Shown in pieces: positions 29,030-33,920 of a stretch of DNA of 33,920 bases (position 1 is its first letter; each line of letters opens with the position of its first letter). The translations under genes were made by a program, and so were the position numbers. Under the pieces are notes generated by a model. That model searched no databases and was not told the origin of the DNA. It was given only the letters and a program-made list of their open reading frames with translations. This stretch comes from Vulcanimicrobiota bacterium (GTDB taxonomy: Bacteria; Vulcanimicrobiota; Vulcanimicrobiia; Vulcanimicrobiales; Vulcanimicrobiaceae), in NCBI GenBank assembly GCA_003135555.1, contig PLCF01000081.1, positions 1 through 33,920 on the forward strand, read 5' to 3'.

Positions 29030-30916
29030 TCAGGTCCAGCTCGACGCGCGCGCCGGCACCCCGGCCGCGGCGGCCGCGGTCGCGGCGCGCAGCGCGCCCA
29101 GTTCCTTTTCGCCGGCCAAGTCGGCGGCGCGGTCGTAGACCGGCGCCGTCGCGGTCACGAAGCTCTGTCGCTGCGCGTCGTCTTGTTCGGTGACCTGCAT
29201 GCGGCGGCGCAGCTCGGCCAGCGCCTCGGCATCGAACTTCGCGGCATACTCGCGCTGCCAGGCGATCGCGCGTCGCGCCGCTTCCTCGACGAGTCGGCGC
29301 CGCGGGCCGAGCGCGGCCAGCAACTCGGGATTGGCGATGAAGATCTGCGGCGTGTACGTGTGCGCGGTGATGGTCAGGTAGCGCTGGTGCTCGTAGAACT
29401 TGGAGGCAACGATCGAGGGCAGCGGGCTGTCCTGTCCGTCAACGCGCTTTTCGCGCAACGCGTCCCCGAGCTTGACCAGCGGCATCGGAACGGGCGTCAC
29501 CTGGAGCGCGCCGGCGACGTAAAGATGGATAGGCCCCTCGAGGGTGCGCATCCGCAGGTCGCGGATGTCTTCGGCGACGCGCAGCTCGCGCACGTCGTTG
29601 GTGTAGTGGCGCACGCCGTTCTCGCTGTAGCCCAGAAACGCCAGCTCCACGCTGGCGCCGCGCGCCAGCAGCGCGCGGCCGTAGGCGCCGTCGAAGGTCG
29701 CAAAGGCGTGTTTGCGGGAGCGGAACAGGTACGGCAGCTCGAGCAGCTGCAGCGCCGGGAGCAGGCTGCCGATCAGCGACGAGTTCACCGGCGCCAGCGC
29801 GAGGTCGCCGGTGCGCAGGTCGATCAGCAGTTGCGTCTGGCGCTTCTCGTACGGGATGACGAGCTCGACGCGCAGCGCCCCGTCCGACAACGCCTCCAAC
29901 TCGCGCTTGAACTCGCCGAGCATGCGCGCCGGCAGCGATTGCGGCGCCGCGGCGACGCCCACGCGCAGCGCGCGGGTGGGAACGTGAACCGCCGGCGTCG
30001 CGGCGCGCTCCAGCGCGAGCTGCTCGTGGCTCTGGAACTCCAGGTTGCCGATCCATTGTTGCGTCTCGGCCGTGTCGGCGAAATGCTCGCGCACGCTGCG
30101 CAGCAGCGATCCGGCCGCCGAGCCGTATTGATCGCCGGCGGCGATCTCGCTGTCGATGAGGCGCTCGACCTCGGCGAACGTCGCCACCACTTCGGCGACG
30201 GCGCTCGAGATCGCGTCGAGAGCGGTGCGCGCGCCGCCGGCCGAGCTTTCGCTGCCGGCCACGGCGGCGTCGAGCGAATCTCCGAACGCGCTCGTCGATG
30301 CACCGCGCTCGGCGATCTGCCGCAGCAACTCATCCATGTCGCGGGTGGCCTCGCGCGTGGACTCGGCGAGTTTGCGGACCTCGCCGGCGACGACGGCGAA
30401 TCCGCGGCCGTGCTCGCCCGCACGAGCGGCCTCGATCGAGGCGTTGAGCGCAAGGAGGTTCGTCCGTTCCGAGACTTCGCGCACGAAGTCGACGATGCCG
30501 TCGATCTTCTGGGTGAGCGCGAGCAGTTCGCCGATCGATCCGAGCGCGCTCTTCGTCACCCCGGCGAGCTCACCCGAGGCCGTGGTCAACTCCTCGATGC
30601 GGCGCCCGGCCGAACGCAACTGCTCGTCGGCTTCGGTGGTGCGAACACGCGCGTTGGCGACCGTGCGCCCCGCGCCGCGAACGCGCTCCGCCGACGCCAG
30701 GGCCGTGCGCGCGATCTCCACGATGGCCGTCGTTTGGGCGATCCCATTCGCAGTGAGGCGGCCCGAGGCGGATCGCAGGCGTCCGATGGCGGCGCCCGTC
30801 TGCGTGCCAACTTCGCGCACGCGCGCCGAACGCACGGAATCCTCGGGCTGGTCACCCCGGCCGGCGCCGGTGGCGTCGGCCTCGGTACTCAAACTGAGCC
30901 TCCTCGGACGAGCCAC
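29030..30916 (-). CDS. Soluble methyl-accepting chemotaxis signalling domain fused to a TRAP DctP-type binding domain
   Basis: [34 protein letters not shown] plus DctP motifs [36 protein letters not shown]. Confidence 0.85.
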   Translation of the reverse strand: MARPRRLSLSTEADATGAGRGDQPEDSVRSARVREVGTQTGAAIGRLRSASGRLTANGIAQTTAIVEIARTALASAERVRGAGRTVANARVRTTEADEQLRSAGRRIEELTTASGELAGVTKSALGSIGELLALTQKIDGIVDFVREVSERTNLLALNASIEAARAGEHGRGFAVVAGEVRKLAESTREATRDMDELLRQIAERGASTSAFGDSLDAAVAGSESSAGGARTALDAISSAVAEVVATFAEVERLIDSEIAAGDQYGSAAGSLLRSVREHFADTAETQQWIGNLEFQSHEQLALERAATPAVHVPTRALRVGVAAAPQSLPARMLGEFKRELEALSDGALRVELVIPYEKRQTQLLIDLRTGDLALAPVNSSLIGSLLPALQLLELPYLFRSRKHAFATFDGAYGRALLARGASVELAFLGYSENGVRHYTNDVRELRVAEDIRDLRMRTLEGPIHLYVAGALQVTPVPMPLVKLGDALREKRVDGQDSPLPSIVASKFYEHQRYLTITAHTYTPQIFIANPELLAALGPRRRLVEEAARRAIAWQREYAAKFDAEALAELRRRMQVTEQDDAQRQSFVTATAPVYDRAADLAGEKELGALRAATAAAAAGVPARASSWT

Positions 30917-30975
30917 GTGGCTACGCTCGTCCTGCTCACCGGCCCGTTCCGTTCGAGCGACGCGCGGCCCTGGGC

Positions 30976-31004
30976 TTGACGCGAGCCGACTCGGCGCGTA
31001 TTAT
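30976..31004 (+). promoter_or_regulatory. Sigma70-type promoter of arsR-SRPBCC
   Basis: TTGACG (30976-30981), 17-bp spacer, TATTAT (30999-31004). Confidence 0.7.
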
Positions 31005-31037
31005 ACCGCTAGGTTATTTAACGAGATGGTTTCACAC

Positions 31038-31379
31038 ATGGCACCAGAACCTCTCAGCACGACCCTCGCGGCGCTCGCCGACCCGACGCGGCGCGCGATC
31101 CTGGCTCGCCTCGCCCAGGGCGAAACCTCGGTGACCGAACTGGCCAAGCCGTTCCGCATGAGCCTTCCGGCCGTGTCCAAGCACCTCAAAGTGCTCGAAC
31201 GCGCCGGCTTGATCGCGCGCGGCCGTGCGGCGCAATGGCGGCCGTGCCGGCTCGACGCCGGCCCGCTGCGCGAGGTCGCGGAGTGGGTCGACGGCTATCG
31301 CCGCTTCTGGGACGAGCGCCTCGGGCGCCTCGACGACTATCTCAGCGAATTGCAGACGAAGGAGAAGAACCATGGCTGA
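31038..31379 (+). CDS. ArsR/SmtB family transcriptional regulator
   Basis: ALADPTRRAILARL, MSLPAVSKHLKVLERAGLI, QWRPCRL. Confidence 0.93.
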   Translation: MAPEPLSTTLAALADPTRRAILARLAQGETSVTELAKPFRMSLPAVSKHLKVLERAGLIARGRAAQWRPCRLDAGPLREVAEWVDGYRRFWDERLGRLDDYLSELQTKEKNHG

Positions 31380-31845
31380 ACGCGATACCGCGCGCAGCGC
31401 GCGCCCCGACATGACGATCGTGCGCGTGTTCGACGCCCCGCGGCAGCTGGTCTGGAAGGCCTGGACCCAACCGCAGCACCTTGCGCGGTGGTTCGGCCCG
31501 CGGGACTTCACGAATCCGGTCTGCGAGGCCGACGTGCGCCCCGGCGGCACGTTGCGCATCACCATGCAGGGTCCCGACGGCCCGCTGTATCCGATGGTGG
31601 CGGTCTACGACGAGGTCGTCGAACCGGAACGATTGGTGTGGACCACCGACGTCGAGCACGACGGCAACGTTTCGTTCGAGATCCGTCAGGTCACGACGTT
31701 CGCCGAACGCGACGGCAAGACGGAGCTGACGCTCCATGCCTTCGTTGTGCGCTCGACGCCGGAATCGGCCGATGCGCTCGGCGGGATGGAGCAAGGCTGG
31801 AGCCAGAGCCTGGACAAGCTCGACGCACTACTCGCTCGCGGCTAG
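31372..31845 (+). CDS. SRPBCC (AHSA1-like) domain protein
   Basis: RVFDAPRQLVWKAWT, WFGP, DVRPGG, GMEQGWSQSLDKL; AAGGAG SD. Confidence 0.92.
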   Translation: MAERDTARSARPDMTIVRVFDAPRQLVWKAWTQPQHLARWFGPRDFTNPVCEADVRPGGTLRITMQGPDGPLYPMVAVYDEVVEPERLVWTTDVEHDGNVSFEIRQVTTFAERDGKTELTLHAFVVRSTPESADALGGMEQGWSQSLDKLDALLARG

Positions 31846-31956
31846 CGCAGAGCGGTCGGGGCCGGTAAGCGCGCCGTAAGCCCATCGTTCTACGCTAGCG
31901 GGTGGCTGGTTTGCCGGGAAATCGCGAACCGGCCGACTCTGACGAGGGAGATTGCC

Positions 31957-32388
31957 ATGATCCATTCTGTTCGCCGCGGGCTCATCGGGGCGCTTGCGCT
32001 TTTGGTCGCCGGTGCGCTGCCGGCGCCTGCTCAGACGCGGCTGAAGTTGTCCGACACGATAACGTTACGTGACGGCGCGTGCTGGCTCGTCTCCGACGCG
32101 ACCGACATCGAAAAGCCCCCGGAGCCTAAGGGCCCGCAGCACTGCATCTTCGCCGACTCGCCGAGCTCGCTGGCGCGTGTGTCGGTGCCCGGCAATACCG
32201 ACGAAACCACCGTGTTCGAGTACACGATTGCGGCGGACGGCACGATCACCGGCAAGGGGCGTGAAGGCCTCAACCAAGCCGCCTATCCGTGCACCATCAC
32301 CGGCAAGACCCGGCCGGGAACCAAGCACGGCGCCCTGCTCAAAGCCGGCGCGGTCATCCGGATCTGGGAGCTCCCCAGCGCGCCGTAA
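31957..32388 (+). CDS. Hypothetical exported protein
   Basis: GGGAG SD; N-terminal RR + hydrophobic signal ending APA; GC3-rich codons. Confidence 0.6.
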   Translation: MIHSVRRGLIGALALLVAGALPAPAQTRLKLSDTITLRDGACWLVSDATDIEKPPEPKGPQHCIFADSPSSLARVSVPGNTDETTVFEYTIAADGTITGKGREGLNQAAYPCTITGKTRPGTKHGALLKAGAVIRIWELPSAP

Positions 32389-32420
32389 CGCAGCACGGCG
32401 GCACGACCCGGGACGGAAAT

Positions 32421-32507
32421 CGGAGAGGGTGGGATTTGAACCCACGGAACCCTTGCGAGTTCGCCGCCTTTCCAAGACGGTGCCATAAGCCGCTCGACCA
32501 CCTCTCC
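32421..32507 (-). tRNA. tRNA-Ser(GGA), CCA not encoded
   Basis: Acceptor GGAGAGG/CCTCTCC, discriminator G, anticodon arm CCGTC-TTGGAAA-GGCGG, long variable arm, T arm GTGGG-TTCAAAT-CCCAC. Confidence 0.95.
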
Positions 32508-32609
32508 AAGCGATCCCGAGTCCTCAGTCGCCCCGGACGGCCGTAATCTCTTGGACTCGACCAGGCAGAAACCCCGTCAGGTCGCCGTTTCCACTGCCAT
32601 CCGTCGAAG

Positions 32610-32651
32610 CGCTTTCCAAGCGAGTGCATTCAACCGCTCTGCCACCTCTCC
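32610..32651 (-). pseudogene. Orphan 5' half of a second tRNA-Ser(GGA)
   Basis: GGAGAGG-TG-GCAGAGCGGTTGAATGC-A-CTCGC-TTGGAAA-GCG, then non-tRNA sequence. Confidence 0.8.
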
Positions 32652-32707
32652 GCGGCCGGACCCTGATTCACGCCGCACCGGGCGAACGCCTCGCCGGGGC
32701 GCTGCGA

Positions 32708-33571
32708 TCAGATGCCGGCGGGGTGCCAGATCGTCTTGAGCTCGGTGAACGCGAGCACGCGCTCCAAGTCGTCGTAGCCGCCGTCGAACCAGGCCTCGCG
32801 CGCCGGCGCGTCCTCGAAGCGGACGCGCTTGACGTTCTCGGCGGCGAGCTCGCCGAGCCGCTTCTCGGCGGCCCCATCGAGGCCGAACGCACCGAGCGCG
32901 TTGACGTTCATGTGGCCGGCGAGGACGGGCCCGAGCTCGGCACGCGTCCCGGTGAGCACGTTGCACGCGCCGGCGGGGAGATCGCTCGTCGCCAGACATT
33001 CGGCGAACACGACAGCGCTGCGCGGATCGCGCTCGCCGGCGACGAGGACGACCGCGTTCCCGCTCACCAGCACCGGCAGAACGGCAGTGACCAGGCCCAG
33101 CAGCACGGGCTCGTCCGGGGCGAGCAGCGCGACGATCCCGGTCGGCTCGGGCGTCGAGAAGTTGAAATGGGGGCCACCGACCGGGTTGCGCGTCGATGCG
33201 AGGGCAAGATATTTGTCGCACCACCCGGCATACCAGACGCAGCGATCGATCGCGGCGGTCACTTCGCGCTCGGCCTCGAGCGCGTCGACCGTGCCGCCGA
33301 CCACGAGCTGCGCGGCGAGCTCGGCCTTGCGCGCCTCCAACATCTCGGCCAAGCGGTACAATACGAGGCCGCGCAGCGCGGGCGTCTGTCCCGCCCACTT
33401 TTCGTGGGCCGTCCGGGCGGCGACGACGGCGTCGCGCACGTCCTTGCGCGACGCGTGGGCGACGTTCTCGCCGTCGATCTGATCGCTGCGCCCCGACTCG
33501 CTGCGCGTGAACGCGCCGTTGATGTAGAGCTTGTACATCTTGCGGATCGCGACGCGTCCGTTGCCTGGCAT
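32708..33571 (-). CDS. Short aldehyde dehydrogenase family protein (NAD-binding domain only)
   Basis: YKLYINGAF.RSESGR, WYAGWCDK, PEPTGIV, TSDLPAG..NVLTG, ELKTIWHP; 287 aa. Confidence 0.85.
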   Translation of the reverse strand: MPGNGRVAIRKMYKLYINGAFTRSESGRSDQIDGENVAHASRKDVRDAVVAARTAHEKWAGQTPALRGLVLYRLAEMLEARKAELAAQLVVGGTVDALEAEREVTAAIDRCVWYAGWCDKYLALASTRNPVGGPHFNFSTPEPTGIVALLAPDEPVLLGLVTAVLPVLVSGNAVVLVAGERDPRSAVVFAECLATSDLPAGACNVLTGTRAELGPVLAGHMNVNALGAFGLDGAAEKRLGELAAENVKRVRFEDAPAREAWFDGGYDDLERVLAFTELKTIWHPAGI

Positions 33572-33657
33572 CCCCGGAGTGTTCCGCCGCGGAGCGGCGG
33601 CTCCTCGGCGCCCTCCCCCGCGCGGAGGGAAGGCGAGCCGAGGCGAACGCGCTGCGG

Positions 33658-33920
33658 ATGGAGCTTCTCTGCGTCCGGCACGGGCGGACGGCTTGGAATG
33701 CGGACAAGCGGTTTCAAGGACATACCGACGTCACGCTCGACGACGAGGGCCGCGCGCAGGCGCGGGCGCTCGCCGCGCTGCTCGCGGGGGAACGGATCGA
33801 CGCGGCCGCGTCGAGCGATCTGGCGCGGGCGGCCGAGACCGCCCGCATGGTGCTGGGCCCGCGCGCCGTCGAGCTGCGCCTCGACCCCGATTGGCGCGAG
33901 ATGCGGTTCGGCGAGTGGGA
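33658..33920 (+). CDS. Histidine phosphatase family protein (partial, runs off the window)
   Basis: MELLCVRHGRTAWNADKRFQGHTD...SSDLARAAETA...REMRFGEW, with the RHG motif. Confidence 0.9.
   Translation, partial: MELLCVRHGRTAWNADKRFQGHTDVTLDDEGRAQARALAALLAGERIDAAASSDLARAAETARMVLGPRAVELRLDPDWREMRFGEW

Noticed and set aside
32550..32600. SRP RNA (ffs) next to tRNA-Ser, suggested by AACCCCGTCAGGTC
   Set aside because: The conserved CGGAAGGAAGCAG continuation of the SRP core is absent.
32508..32609. Intron-containing tRNA
   Set aside because: The break is not in the anticodon loop, the spacer is too short for a group I intron, and the downstream tRNA is complete with a non-matching anticodon stem.

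Overview
The window has two compositionally distinct halves joined inside an ettA gene at about 11.9 kb. Left half (1 to ~11.9 kb, sampled lines ~38-55% GC, Betaproteobacteria/Gallionellaceae-like by inference): an accessory region with a DUF2934 protein, an OmpA/MotB lipoprotein, two SAM methyltransferases, one intact and one truncated KTSC gene, a hemF-like gene, toxin-antitoxin genes and fragments, a stand-alone cNMP-binding protein, and a low-GC ABC-ATPase + DUF4435/TOPRIM pair resembling PARIS. The most striking pattern is a short degenerate motif (GAnnYKRCCCCWTT) that recurs in one orientation at 8-9 gene junctions between 1.75 and 9.07 kb. It is often the right arm of a degenerate palindrome, is often followed by a micro tandem duplication, and in one case sits exactly where a gene is cut. 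This suggests an integron-independent, REP-like cassette array. A second, peptide-encodable palindromic repeat family (T-S-H...QVxGY) also occurs there. Right half (sampled lines ~72-77% GC, Ca. Eremiobacterota-like by inference): pilB-pilT-pilC coupled to a SigB/F-type sigma factor, two surface lipoproteins, yjbQ, a DODA dioxygenase, an LLM oxidoreductase, pckA with a probable ATT start, a moeA pair with a PBP fusion, a DmpA-like peptidase, an unusual soluble MCP-DctP fusion, ArsR-SRPBCC, tRNA-Ser(GGA) preceded by an orphan 5' half-tRNA, a short ALDH-like gene and a partial histidine phosphatase. All family calls come from motif recognition by eye; no database search was run.
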